A stretch of DNA of 64,000 nucleotides from Octopus sinensis (GCF_006345805.1 NC_043012.1:26784001-26848000), one strand, 5' to 3'; positions 13,288 to 26,091 are shown, numbered from the stretch's first letter. A program made the numbers and translations. The notes: generated from the sequence alone by a model not told the origin.

Positions 13288-13520
13288 GTGGTGAGCTGGC
13301 AGAAACGTTAGCGCGCCGGACGAAATGCTTAGCGGTATTTCGTCTGCCGCTACGTTCTGAGTTCAAGTTCCGCCGAGGTCGACTTTGCCTTTCATCCTTT
13401 CGGGGTCGATAAATTAAGTACCAGTTACGCACTGGGGTCGATGTAATCGACTTAATCTCTTTGTCTGTCCTTGTTTGTCCCCTCTATGTTTAGCCCCTTG
13501 TGGGTAATAAAGAAATAGGT
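13288..13520 (+). mobile_element. SINE family A, full length, tail type 2
   Basis: Head, B-box gagttcaagttcc, core, and tail ttgtcccctctatgtttagccccttgtgggtaataaagaaata. Confidence 0.9.
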
Positions 13521-13616
13521 ATGTGCTTTTGCGGCTAGGGCACACCCTCTGTATGCTTTCACTGTGTTCTTCAATGTCATAGTCTGTCATTGGCCTATAT
13601 CCATAACTTCTCATTA

Positions 13617-13830
13617 CTCTTTTACTCTTTACTCTTTTACTTGTTTCAGTCATTTGACTGCGGCCATGCTGGAGCACCGCCTTTAGTCGAGCAAATCGAC
13701 CCCGGACTTATTCTTTGTAAGCCCAGTACTTATTCTATCGGTCTCTTTTGCCGAACCGCTAAGTGACGGGGACGTAACACACCAGCATCGGTTGTCAGGC
13801 AATGCTAGGGGGACAAACACAGACACACAA

Positions 13831-13863
<33 letters not shown>

Positions 13864-14027
13864 CATATATACGACAGGCTTCTTTCAGTTTCCGTCTACC
13901 AAATCCACTCACAAGGCATTGGTCGGCCCGGGGCTATAGCAGAAGACACTTGCCCAAGATACCACGCAGTGGGACTGAACCCGGAACCATGTGGTTGGTT
14001 AGCAAGCTACTTACCACACAGCCACTC
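13617..14027 (-). mobile_element. tRNA-derived SINE family B, near full length
   Basis: Head gagtggctgtgtggtaag, B-box gggttcagtccc, internal (TA/TG) tract, tail (gtaaaaga)n. Flanked by a CATTA duplication at 13612 and 14028. Confidence 0.9.
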
Positions 14028-14662
14028 CATTAACGACTTTATTCTCGAAATCCCTAGGTGACCAATGTGGAGTTCCTTTAGTCATTGCCTTTGTAGTGTG
14101 GCTAGCACAACGACTCTTTCTGCGTACATCAATACATTGTCACACATTGAGAATGGGTTTCAATTTGTCTTATGCATATTTTATCTCTTTTAGCCTTCAG
14201 CATTTCTTCCATTTTGTTAGTGAGTTTATCGTTTTCCGATTTTAATTCTATGTCTTGTAATGCGACTGGCATCACAAGAAATATGACGTATGACGTTAAA
14301 CGTTTTAATTTTCCTTTTCTGCTCGCAACGCAAAATGCACGGTATCTTCAAATGGTTCAGCATTTTTTTAAAGCACGTCCTAATTTCTAGGATGGTATAT
14401 AGTCCATCTTAAAATCACAGTTTAATAATATAGTACCCCCAGCGTTGCAGCCTATTAGCAGTATGGGTAGAAATTCCTTTCTTCGACCCGTATATCGATA
14501 ATAACGGACGACGATCAATATGTAGTGGAAAACTTCTACCGTGCAAAAATCTATGAAATTTTAACATTGCCCTCCATATCTTGGATCCTTGTGGACAATA
14601 AATAATAATAATAATTATTATTATTATTATTATTATTATTGCTGTTGTTGTTATTATTATCA

Positions 14663-14870
14663 AGGCAACGAGCTTGCAGTGTCGTTAGCACGCCAGACGA
14701 AATGTTTAACGGCATTTGCGTTCTGTCTTCATATCCCGCCGAAGTCGGTTTTGCCTTTCATCCTTTCGGGGTCAATGAAATAAGTACCATTTTAGTAATG
14801 GGATCTAATCGATCTAATCGACACCCCACTTCCCCACGAAACTTCAGGCCGTGTGCTTATGGTAGTAAAG
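14663..14870 (+). mobile_element. SINE family A, tail type 1, degraded
   Basis: Core homology. Followed by (TTA)n. Confidence 0.75.
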
Positions 14871-14883
14871 ATTATTATTATTA

Positions 14884-14939
<56 letters not shown>

Positions 14940-15357
14940 TTACACTATTGTTTTTATTATTGTTGTTATTTTTATACAAAAGCTGTTGCATATTAATTTA
15001 ATTAGCAGGTTTGTTATCCAGGTGGTTAAATTAGCAGGATAAGATCTGGTAACAATAAGTCTCCTCAAGTCTCATGAATCTTTCTTAAGGTTTTTGAAGA
15101 ATACAGGATGGTAATTTTCTGTTAGTTGACAATACGCTTGTTAGTTCCAATAGTCTTCACTCTCTTAGGTAGGACTCGGTGTGTATTATTATTCCGCCAT
15201 TGAAAAATTAATTAATTAATTATATTTTTATGTTGTTTGTTTCATGCTTGTTGCTGTTGATTCCCTTTTGAACAACCTTTTGTGTTGGACCCTTGTAACC
15301 AATAAAAATAGTCCCCTTCCTCCTTCTCCTCTTCATTATCATTTCTATTTTTTTTAG

Positions 15358-15530
15358 GTTGTGGGATGGCAGAATCGTTAGCACCCCGGATAACAATATT
15401 ACCGGCATTTCGTCAAATTTGCATTTCATCTTCACAAAGTTGATGAAATAAGTACCAGTTGTGTACTTGGGTCGATGTAATCGATTTACACACTTACCCG
15501 AAATTGCTGACCTTGTGCCAAAATCTGAAA
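15358..15530 (+). mobile_element. SINE family A, degraded
   Basis: ggcagaatcgttagcac head, aagtaccagt core, ccttgtgcc tail. Confidence 0.65.
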
Positions 15531-16029
15531 TTATCATCATCATTATCATTATTATTGACCTCTATTTCTCACACCAAGCAAACGAACATTGGAGTATCTG
15601 CACGCTATACCTTGAAAAACAGCCGCAAGAGAAGTAAGCCTTGTTCATTGTGCAATAACATGAGTTGAAGTGAATTCCATCAGGAATCATAACAGAAATG
15701 TTATGATTTATACAGTCCAATGGTTGAAGCACTGAAAGAAGCAAAAGACAACAGATGAAAGATAAAGATGCCAAGACAAAAATATAAACAGAGAATGGAG
15801 CCAACAGAAATTTGGATCAGCAACAATTCACACACCTTTTTAATTCTTCAGATTTGTCATTTAGTTGATTGGTTGGCTTACTAGTCGTTCGGATAGTTCA
15901 TTAAGTGCTGCATTGGTCAATTAGTTTGTTAGCTAGGTACAGTATATCGACGTAATCGATTAGCCTATCCCGCCAAAATTCCAGGCCTTCAGCCGACCGT
16001 AGACAGGATTATTATCACAGGATATTAAA

Positions 16030-16230
16030 GGCAGCGAACTGGACGAATCATTAGCACGTCAGATGAGAAGCTGAGCGGCATTTCGTGTATCTTAACATTC
16101 AGGGTTCAAATTGTGCCGAGGCCGACTGTGCCTTTCATTCTTTCGGGGTGGATTAAATAAGCACCAGTGGCGATGCAATCGACTTAGCCCGTCCCCACAA
16201 ATTTCAGGCTTTGTGCCTAGAGTAGAAAGC
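16030..16230 (+). mobile_element. SINE family A, tail type 1
   Basis: Core homology. Tail gtgcctagagtagaaag followed by (ATT)n. Confidence 0.75.
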
Positions 16231-16249
16231 ATTATTATTATTATTATTA

Positions 16250-16313
<64 letters not shown>

Positions 16314-16346
16314 GTTATTATTATTATTATTATTATCATTATTATT

Positions 16347-16393
<47 letters not shown>

Positions 16394-16493
16394 TATTATT
16401 ATTATTATTATTATTATTGTTGTTGTTGTTGTTATTATTATTATTATTATTATTATTAGCATTATAATTATTATTATCATTATCATTATTATT
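16231..16493. repeat. (TTA)n/(TCA)n microsatellite
   Basis: Seen directly in the sequence. Confidence 0.95.
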
Positions 16494-16966
16494 TATGGGT
16501 TTTTCTTCTTCATTCAAATTGCTTCCATTTCTTGCCGAGTGTCTTCCCGACTCCTAGGGCAAAGAAACTCATAGTATACATTGGTAGGCCATTAAACTAA
16601 ACTCACTAGTTCGTTCATTTTTTTTTTATAGAAATAAAGTTAAATTAAGATACATGGATAGTAATAGTTCTCACATCGACAATGCTCTTTTCAATACGTG
16701 TGATGTACCAGTTAAGACAATCTTTTGCACTTCTTGCAGGGATGGTAAGCCACGGATCATTCTCATATAATTTTCGGTTCCCTTCTTGATCATTCCTAGT
16801 GCTCCTACGATCACTGGTATTGTAATCGCCTTAAGATGCCACATTTTCTCAATTTCAATGAGCAGGTCTTTATATTTTCTGAGCTTGTCAAATTCTTTCG
16901 CCGAGATATTATGATCACAGGGGATGCTAATGTCGATCAATAAGCAAACTTTATTGTTTTGGTCTT
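16494..16966 (-). mobile_element. 5'-truncated R4/Dong-like RLE non-LTR retrotransposon fragment
   Basis: Translation CLLIDISIPCD...KLRKYKDLLIEIEKMW...IPVIVGALG...QKIVLTGTSHVLKRALSM*, the C-terminus of a restriction-like endonuclease. (TAA)n on both sides. Confidence 0.85.
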
Positions 16967-16984
16967 TATTATTATTATTATTCA

Positions 16985-17610
16985 GGCGGCTAGCTAGCAG
17001 AATCGTTAGCAAGCCGGGCGAAATGCTTAGCAGCATTTTGCTCGATTTTACGTTATGAGTTCAAATTCTGCCGAGGTCGACTTAGCCTTTCATCCCTTCG
17101 AGGTGGATAAATCAACTACTATTGAAAAACTGGGGTCGATGTAATCGACTAGTCCCCTCCCCCCAAATCTCAAGTGTTGTGCCTGTAGTAGAAATGACTA
17201 TTATTATCATTGTTATTACCGAGACAGCGAGATGGCAGAACCGTCAGGACGCCGGGCAAAATTCTTCGCGACATATCACCTGTCTTTACGTTCAAATTCC
17301 GCCGAGGTCGACTTTCCTTTTATGCTTTCCAGATGAATAAATTAAGTACCAGTGAAATACTGGACTTGATTTTATCGACTTCCAAATTTCAGGTGTTGTG
17401 CCTATAGTAGAAAGGATTATTATTATTATCATTATTATAAAGGTGGCGACGGCGACCTGGCCAATCGTTAGCACCTCAGATGAAATGCTTCGCAGATTCT
17501 CTTCCGGGTTTTTACGTTCTGCGTTCACGCCCCACCGAGGCCGGCATTGCCTTGAATCCTTGCGGTCAATGAAATAAGCACCAACTGAACACAGACAACC
17601 CCTGCCCCTA
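16985..17610 (+). mobile_element. Three tandem SINE family A copies (about 16985-17195, 17225-17415, 17448-17610)
   Basis: Repeated head and core motifs separated by short (TTA)n. Confidence 0.75.
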
Positions 17611-18053
17611 CTCCTCACTCTGATGTTGCGCCTTTATTCCTAAAACGCAATGGTTATTAATATCCGAATGATTGTAGTAGTTTCAGTTCTTGTTGCAGCT
17701 GTAATTGTCGTTGTTGTGGTTGTTGTTATTGATGATGTCACGAAAGATGATTGTTGTTACAATCGTTTCATTTGCTGATGGAGTTGTTGTTGTTGTTGTT
17801 GTCGTAGTTGTTATTGTTGCAGTTGAGTAGTCCATGTTGCTATTGCTTAGCTGATATCACTGCTATCGGTGTTGTTAGTATTCTTATTGTATCTGCTCTT
17901 GTTGTTGTTGTTGTTGTTGCGGTCATTGTGATATTTTTCGTTGCTGTTTTTGCGTTCACCACTTCTATTGACGTTGTTGTTGTTGTTGTTACTATTGTAA
18001 CGGTTGTTTTGACTCACTGTTAATGGTATTAAAATTCATCTCGTAATATATAT

Positions 18054-18120
<67 letters not shown>

Positions 18121-18495
18121 TGTGTATATGTATACATATGTATATATATACACATATATATACATATATACATACACACATATGTATATATATATGTATA
18201 TATATATATGTGTATATATATATATACACACACATATATAAGTATTATATTGTTATTGTTTCCATTACTACTAATACAGTTTTATATGAGTGTTTTTGTC
18301 TACACTTTGGTAGATCGATAAGTAGACATATATATATATGTGTGTGTGTATGTGTATATATAAACACCTATTTACATACATACACACATGCGCACGCATA
18401 CATACTTACATACGTATATATAATATATATATATATATGTATAAATATATATATATATATTATATATATATAATATATATATATATATAATATAT

Positions 18496-18537
<42 letters not shown>

Positions 18538-19325
18538 TATATATATATATATATATAGATATATATATATATATTAAAAATAAATATATGCGAATTGTAA
18601 TTGGCTACGAATTTTCTGGTGTAAAATTTTCCGTTTGCTGTGTTTTTTCAAAATTCTATACATATGTACATATATGTATAGCTACCTTTCGGGATGGTCA
18701 TTTATTTTTTTCAAAATATACACACGTACTATACATTTGTTCTACACTTGTTTCTTATTGTTCTTATCTTAACTTATGTCTATTGTTTGGAAATCTTTCG
18801 TCACGCATCTGTGATCTCTTCAGTGACCCTTTCCATCCACGGCTATCCTCCTGCTTCGCTTAGTCCATATTTAGATATGTTCTCATATTTCTCATATATA
18901 TACTTATATTCTTCTATGCCTTTACGTTCTGGCATCAGAAGGAAAGAAGATAAAGGAAAGAAAAACGGAAACGTGAACAAGGAGAGAAGTTTGAGTGATT
19001 GAAAAGACGTGGTCAGTGGTCATATTGAAGGAATTAATTGAAAGACGAGAAGAGATATAGAGAAGTGGGAGCAGGCAAAGATAGGCATACAGTCCCCAGC
19101 AATCAAGAAAGAGAACTTCAAGTGAACTAGGCAACACTGGGGTCAATTATATCGACCCCAGTGTTCCAGGTCTTGTGCTTATAATAGAAAGGATCCTTAT
19201 TATAATTATTAAGGCGGTGAGCTGGCAGAATGCTTAGCATGCAAAGACTGCTAAATCCTAAAATAGTGTATATTAGAATTTAACTAACCTTGCATAAAAT
19301 TTTTGTCTACTCTTTACACAAATAT

Positions 19326-19405
19326 TACCCTGACGAGATTTGTATGCATGAATATGATTTTTTATTAATTCATTAGTGGATATGAATCGAAAAAGATTGT
19401 AGGAT
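19326..19405 (+). ncRNA. Hammerhead-like motif with extended helix II, degenerate
   Basis: cc CTGACGA gatt...aatc GAAA aagattg TA gg. Helix III is imperfect. Confidence 0.5.
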
Positions 19406-19567
19406 ATATATTTGTTTTAATTATTTCTCATATTATATTATAAATTTTTATAGTATAATTATATTTATATTATAATTTTGATAAATAAATTTATGTTTCA
19501 TTGTGTATATATAATATATATATATATATATTATATACTTATATATATATTATATATATATATATAT

Positions 19568-20135
19568 CAAATGATATATAAGATACAGTGTACATTTAAA
19601 CACATGAGGAATCCACTCGTGGCATTCAAAGAACAGCTAGGTTCTAGAAAGAACAGCTAGGTTCAATAACAACAAAGTTAGGGATAAAATTCGACAGGAA
19701 CGAAATGGAAAAATAAAAACATTTTACCATCTAGTTTCCTGGACCAATTGGTTTCTGATTTTAGTTTAGCAAGTAAATGAATAACATATATACTCGCCAG
19801 GTGAAATCGTCTTCAGCAGGAACACCTAGGGTTAAACATATAAACACGAGGCAATCAATCTACGTGCCTCTTGTTTATACATCATAACTTTTTCAAAATC
19901 TACTGCGCAGCCGCAGCCCTTCGCCATTAATAAAAAAATGCCAATTTCTAAAAACCGAAAATTATCCCAAAACTTACAATATTTAATGATATTTAATCCC
20001 ACGAGTGGATTCCTCATGTGTTTAAATGTAAACTGTATCTCATGACTAAAACATAGTGTTTTGGGCTAAAATTTTACATGTTGGACCACTAGAAACGATA
20101 ATTTTAATTAATTTCCATTTCCCTTTGATATGATT
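19568..20135. mobile_element. (TA)n-embedded element with 42-bp inverted repeats (19581-19622 / 19999-20040) enclosing a hammerhead
   Basis: agatacagtgtacatttaaacacatgaggaatccactcgtgg and its reverse complement with one mismatch. Confidence 0.7.
19738..19820 (-). ncRNA. Type I hammerhead ribozyme, intact core
   Basis: Minus strand: cctg CTGAAGA cgattt...aaatca GAAA ccaattgg TC cagg. Helix I is perfect, helix III is palindromic, cleavage triplet is GUC. Confidence 0.8.
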
Positions 20136-20197
20136 AAATATATATATATAAAGAGAGAGAGATATATATATATATGTGTATGTGTGTGTGTGTGTGT

Positions 20198-20360
20198 ACG
20201 ACGGGCTTTTTTTAGTTTCTGCCTACCAAATCCACTTATAAGACTGTGATCGTCACAAGGCTATAGTAGAAGACACATGTGCAAGGTGCCACGCAGTGGG
20301 ATTGAGCACGGAACCATGTTGTTGGGAAGCAGGAAGATTTGACGCACAGACACCCCTGCG
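20198..20360 (-). mobile_element. SINE family B, 5' part
   Basis: Homology to 13870-14027. Confidence 0.7.
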
Positions 20361-20775
20361 CATGTAAGTATATAATCAAGTAGAAGAACCCACGTAATCC
20401 GAGATTATAATCAAACGGTTTAAGATAATCCTAGAATTAAGGTATCACAAAGTATTGGTCACATACAAGCTTGTGTGTCCGTGGGTCTGTCTAAGTGAGA
20501 GCGAATGTGTGTCCGTGTGTATGTGTACGTGAGTTTCCATGCGTAAGTGCGTAAGTGCGTGCGCGCGTAGTCTCCGATAATCATTATATCAAAATATGAA
20601 AGTACTGAACAGCCTAGCCTGAGGCGACACTCCGAGTAGACATTCAGCTTTTGATAAAATAGTCATACCCATCCAATTTACTCAGTGTAATAACTTCTTT
20701 ATCAGATAATATTTGCTCTACATAAAATGTACTTTGATATACTTACCTTCACGTACGTTGTAATATTGTTATATA

Positions 20776-20809
<34 letters not shown>

Positions 20810-20960
20810 CACACACACACACATATATATATATACATACAAACATACACATACACACGCACACACACACACACACACACATATACGTATATATATGTTT
20901 ACATATAAATGTATATATATATATATATGCGCATGTGTGTGTATATATATATTGATACAT

Positions 20961-21001
<41 letters not shown>

Positions 21002-21067
21002 AATATGCATATAAACATACACACAGACATATATATATATATAAGTACATATATGTATGCACACAAC

Positions 21068-21100
<33 letters not shown>

Positions 21101-21219
21101 CACACATGTATGTATGTATGTATGTATGTATGTATGTATGTATGTATGTATGTATGTATGTATGTGTGTGTGTGTGTATTCATGTGTTTATGTGTGCGTG
21201 TATATATACACTTTTTTTA

Positions 21220-21406
21220 CCAGTTTCTGTCATTTGACTGGGCCATGCTGCAGCAACACTTTAGTAAAAATATCGACCCCAGCACTTATTCTTTGTAAGC
21301 CTAGTATACATTCGATGGGTCTCTATGGCGGAGCCACTAAGTTACGGGGATGTAGACACGCCAACAATCGATGGTGGTGGGGACAGAGTCACAGAAATAC
21401 ATACAT

Positions 21407-21463
<57 letters not shown>

Positions 21464-21805
21464 ATCCAAACAAGAAAACAGAAAAAAAGAGAAAAAATGA
21501 AAAAAAAGAGAAAAAAACACAGCAACGCAGGACGTGGAACAATTAAAGTATTATTGACGCTCAGGAAAGAAGGGAAGGAGGGTCTAACGTTTCGAGCGGA
21601 GCTCTTCATCGGAAACAAGGAGAAGGAAAGATCCCAAGGAGGGAAGACAGAGGAGAAAATATTTGAGCTGGTAGTGCTCAAGAGATCACATATATATATA
21701 TATGATCAAGAGATCATATATATATACGACGGCTTCTTTCAGTTTCCATCTACCAAATCCACTCACAAGTCTTTGGTCGGTCCGAGGCTATAGTGGAAGA
21801 CACTG
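21220..21805 (-). mobile_element. SINE family B split at its internal TA tract by a Penelope-like fragment (21460-21685)
   Basis: The 3' half (21220-21400) and 5' half (21727-21805) flank a (TA)n-bounded insert. Confidence 0.6.
21581..21615 (-). ncRNA. Minimal hammerhead-like motif, variant core
   Basis: Minus strand: CCGATGA a gagc tcc gctc GAAA cgtt. The core is a CCGAUGA variant and includes an aacgtt palindrome. Confidence 0.45.
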
Positions 21806-21859
21806 CCACACAAACACACAGGGACACACAAATACGAACATATCTATATGTGATAAAGG

Positions 21860-21900
<41 letters not shown>

Positions 21901-21906
21901 TATATA

Positions 21907-22155
21907 GTAAAATATGTTACGAAAATAAAATATAAAATACACGTGGAAATGTAAGGGTTAAATATGAAAAATCAAGGAAAATGCATATTGCAAATAGAAA
22001 AAGGCTATTTATGACAGGTAGTGACAAATATATACATTTAGTTTGACTGAGGTAGTAATATGAGTCATAAAGGTCATTATTATGAGATGATTATAAGATG
22101 ATAATAAAGTAAGAGAACAAAACGAACCAGTGGTTTACGCGAAGGCTATTCATCG
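21907..22155. mobile_element. Second copy (inverted) of the 7556-7793 repeat
   Basis: Reverse-complement homology. (TA)n flanks. Confidence 0.6.
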
Positions 22156-22158
22156 TAA

Positions 22159-22198
<40 letters not shown>

Positions 22199-22569
22199 TT
22201 TATCACTTACTTATTTCGATCGTTATACAGTGGCCATGCTGAGGCATCGTCTTGAAGAATTCTTAGTCGAATGTATCGACCCCAGTACATATTTTTTTTT
22301 TTTAAACCTGATACTTATTTTATCGGTGTCTTCTGCAAAACCGCTAAGCTACGTCAATAGTCAAGCGGTGGAATGGGAGGAGCAAACACAGACACACACG
22401 CACACACAAATAGATATATTTATATACATACACACGCGCTGATGTAATATATGTACGAGGCAAAGTTTGAGTAATACATCCAAATTTAGCATGATTGACT
22501 CTCAGACTCTCATGCTAAATGTACAAAATTCCGTTATATATATTACATTTTGGCAAAGAAAAAATTATC

Positions 22570-22730
22570 TTCTACTCTATGCACAAGACCCGAAATTTTG
22601 AGGGAGGGAGCCAGTCGATTAGATCGACCCCAGTACGAAACTGGTTCTTAATTCATCGACACTGAAAGGATGAAAGGCAAAGTCGACCTCGGCGGAATTT
22701 GAACTCAGAACGTAACGGCAGACGAAATAA
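22570..22730 (-). mobile_element. SINE family A core with tail type 1
   Basis: gaaaggatgaaaggcaaagtcgacctcggcggaatttgaactc. Confidence 0.8.
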
Positions 22731-23033
22731 TAGACATAACAATGAATACGAAGCTTCAGCTTGCTAGCTTTCGAAGTCCCTATCAACTTTTCCCTTAACA
22801 ATTTTAATAAGCATGTACCGTATTAAGGATTTGAATGGCTCTTCAGTTTCATCTTAAAATGTGTTCTAATATAAACAAAAATTAATGTATATATGTGTGT
22901 GTGCATGTATGCGTGCGCACGTGGTGTGTGTGTTTGTGTGTGTATGTGTGTGGTTGTATTTGTGTGTGCGGTTGTGTGTATGTGTGTGTCTTTGTTGTGT
23001 CTTGTGTACGTTTGTATATATACATATAATATG

Positions 23034-23087
<54 letters not shown>

Positions 23088-23180
23088 AAATATTATTAGA
23101 GACAAAACCACTATTTTGCAAAACAAACAAGGAAAGACTTAATCAATACATAAATTTTAATAAATAGTCAAAAAAAACCG

Positions 23181-23222
23181 CCACTACAATTGTTCTTGTC
23201 TTGATCGACAATCTTCAGGTGG
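23181..23222 (-). ncRNA. Minimal hammerhead motif (left arm)
   Basis: Minus strand: ccac CTGAAGA ttgtc gatcaa gacaa GAA caattg TA gtgg. One A is missing from GAAA. Confidence 0.6.
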
Positions 23223-25745
23223 ACTTCCAATCTAAAATATCAATATTTTAAAATATAAAATATAATAATTTTAAAATAATTAAAGTATGAATGAAAAAAA
23301 TAAATATATAATCCATATATAACCTATATATAATCCATATATAATCAATATATAAACAATATAAAACTAAAATAAACCTATCAACAATTAAATATAAAAT
23401 ATAAAATAAAATATAAAACAAAACAAAAAAATAATAATAATATAATAATAAACTATATATACACCCATACACATATACCTAATTATATATAACCATATCT
23501 AACTACATACACTAAATCACACACTATATATATATCCCTATACATACACATAAAAACGTCTAGGCAACTATAAATAAATAAAATAGCTAAATACTTCAAC
23601 ACAATACTTATTCATACTCCCACACACACACACATACAACCCACATTCACGCTCTAGAAAACGGAATCACTTAAAACTATGAACGGAGAAATGGAAAATA
23701 ATGGAATTGAAAATTATATTCACTTGGTAAAACGAACACTACTTAAAATATGAATGAAAACAATGCAATAAACAACAGACATCGCAAATAGACACAAATT
23801 ACTACGAATTCCTTAACAAACCTACCATGATAAACCAAAACTCATAAAAACATATAATGATAAAATCTCCCTTTACTAAACTCTATAACATACCTATATA
23901 GCAATCCCCCTAACCTAAACATTCACACACAATACACACACGTAACCACACACCCACGACATATACAAATACCCACACCACTTACACATACCTATACATA
24001 CATATAAACCTCAACATATACTCCAAAAACCCACTCAACCCCACACAGACAAATAAACACAAAAATTATGAATGGATTCTTTTATAAAACTACCATGATA
24101 AGCTAAAACTCACAAAACATAAATGATAAAACCTCCCTTTACTAAACACTATAACATACTTATATAGCAATCCCTTTAACCTATACATTCACACACAAAT
24201 ACACACACGTAAACCACACACCCATAACAAATACAAACACCCACCCCACTCACACACACCCACAAGTACATATAAGCCTCAACATATACACCAAACAAAA
24301 TTACTTTACCAAGGAACTTAACATATGTATAAAAAGTATAACCGCTCTGGAAACGAACATTTTTAAAATAATGAATGGAGAAATGGAATAAATGGAATTA
24401 AAAATAATATTCACGTGGCAAAACGAACACCACTCAAAAATTATGAATGAACAATGTAATAAAACAACCAACATCGAAAATAGACAAATTACACGAATTC
24501 CCTAAAAAAAACCATGATAAACCAAAACTCTTAAAAACATATAACGATAAAATCTCCCTTTGCTAAACTCTATAACAAACCTATATAGCAATCCCCCTAA
24601 CCTAAACATTCACACACAAATACACACACGTAAACCACAGACCCACGACTTATACACATACCTATACTAACTTATAAACCTCAATATACACCAAAACCCA
24701 CTCCCTCCCCACACAGACAAATTAACACATACATCCCAAAACCTAAATAACAAACCCATATACACATTCACACACAAACACACACACACGCAAAACACAC
24801 ACACACAAACAACAGATACATATACTCCCTCACATATACGCATATACATACTCACTAAACTCTATATATACAACAATATTTACACACCCACACTCATACA
24901 GATAAATAAATTATACAACTAAAAACTCACACACAATCTCATATACATAAACACTCCTATAAAAACAACATTAAATACATCGTAATTAACCAGAATATCA
25001 AAATAACAATATGAATAAGGAGAAATAAAATACATACTTACAAGTCAGTTTCAAATTATGAAGTGAAATTAAATTCTTAGCCGTTAAAAAAATCAAACCA
25101 AAATTACGTTACCATAGAAATATAACTTATGTAAAAAAAGAATACGCGCCATGGAAAGTTAAACGTCATTTAAAATTATGAATGGAGAAATAGAATAAAT
25201 GGAACTAAAAAACTATATCCACGTGCAAACCAACACTACTTAAAAAAAATTTATTATGAATGGATTCAATAAAAAAAACTACATGATAAATTATTATATA
25301 CATTTATGAGCTTTAGCTCATCTTAGCAGCTCTAACAAACAACGTGGCAGTAACCCAAATCTATTCTCGATGCTGCCTCTCCTACTACCACTATCCATTC
25401 ACAATTCCAAGCAACGCTAGTCCACCACCCGGTTACAATTCCCAACTCCACCCATTCATTCACAATTTCAACGACGTTCGCCTCCACAGCGCTACATACA
25501 AGCCTCAACATATACACCGGAGATTCACTTCACATCCGTGGGATGGGTGATAGTATACATTGAGTGTAGTGATGGGGCTCCCATTACTATACACATTGTA
25601 CCTTGTGGTAGTCTCCATGGTTATTCACGCACGGGTATAAATGCAGGGGGTACACGGATTATATATTATATTTTTTTCATTCATACTTTAATTATTTTAA
25701 ATTATTATTTTTATATTTTAAAATATTGATATTTAGATTGGAAGT

Positions 25746-25792
25746 CCACCTGAAGATTGTCGATCAAGACAAGAAAGAAACAATTGTAGTGG
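25746..25792 (+). ncRNA. Minimal hammerhead motif (right arm)
   Basis: ccac CTGAAGA ttgtc gatcaa gacaa GAAA(gaaa) caattg TA gtgg. Palindromic helix III. GAAA is duplicated. Confidence 0.65.
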
Positions 25793-25966
25793 CGGTTTTT
25801 TTGACTATTTATTAAAATTTTATGTATTGATTAAGTCTTTCCCTGTTTGTTTTGCAAAATAGTGGTTTTGTCTCTAATAATATTTTATTAATATTTTACT
25901 ATAAAAATGGATTAATCCTAAATCTGATTTTTTCCCTGTAAATTTGGATTTATTCCCTAATATTTA

Positions 25967-26012
<46 letters not shown>

Positions 26013-26033
26013 TATTATATATATATATATATA

Positions 26034-26091
<58 letters not shown>

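Larger units (their letters stand above)
12600..14590 (-). pseudogene. Decayed Ty3/Gypsy LTR-retrotransposon pol (RNase H end, integrase zinc-binding, core and C-terminal parts), interrupted by two SINEs
   Basis: Minus-strand motifs in correct order: KFHRFLHGRSF...GSKKGISTHTANRLQRW (14420-14570); LKELHIGHLGISRIKSLM|RSY (14030-14085, 13600); WSRLHADYSG (about 13230); LARYGIPNTIVSDNGTQY (13060-13115); W.DGVII..IG (about 12720). Confidence 0.8.
23087..25975. mobile_element. Penelope-like composite: ~240-bp inverted terminal arms, each with a hammerhead motif, plus internal partial tandem repeats, between (TA)n tracts
   Basis: 23087-23325 is the reverse complement of about 25657-25887. Internal units recur at about 23640, 24060, 24330 and 25130. 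Confidence 0.65.

Noticed and set aside
15060-15170. Possible further RLE C-terminus (QKITILYSSKTLRK, minus strand)
   Set aside because: A single weak motif is insufficient.
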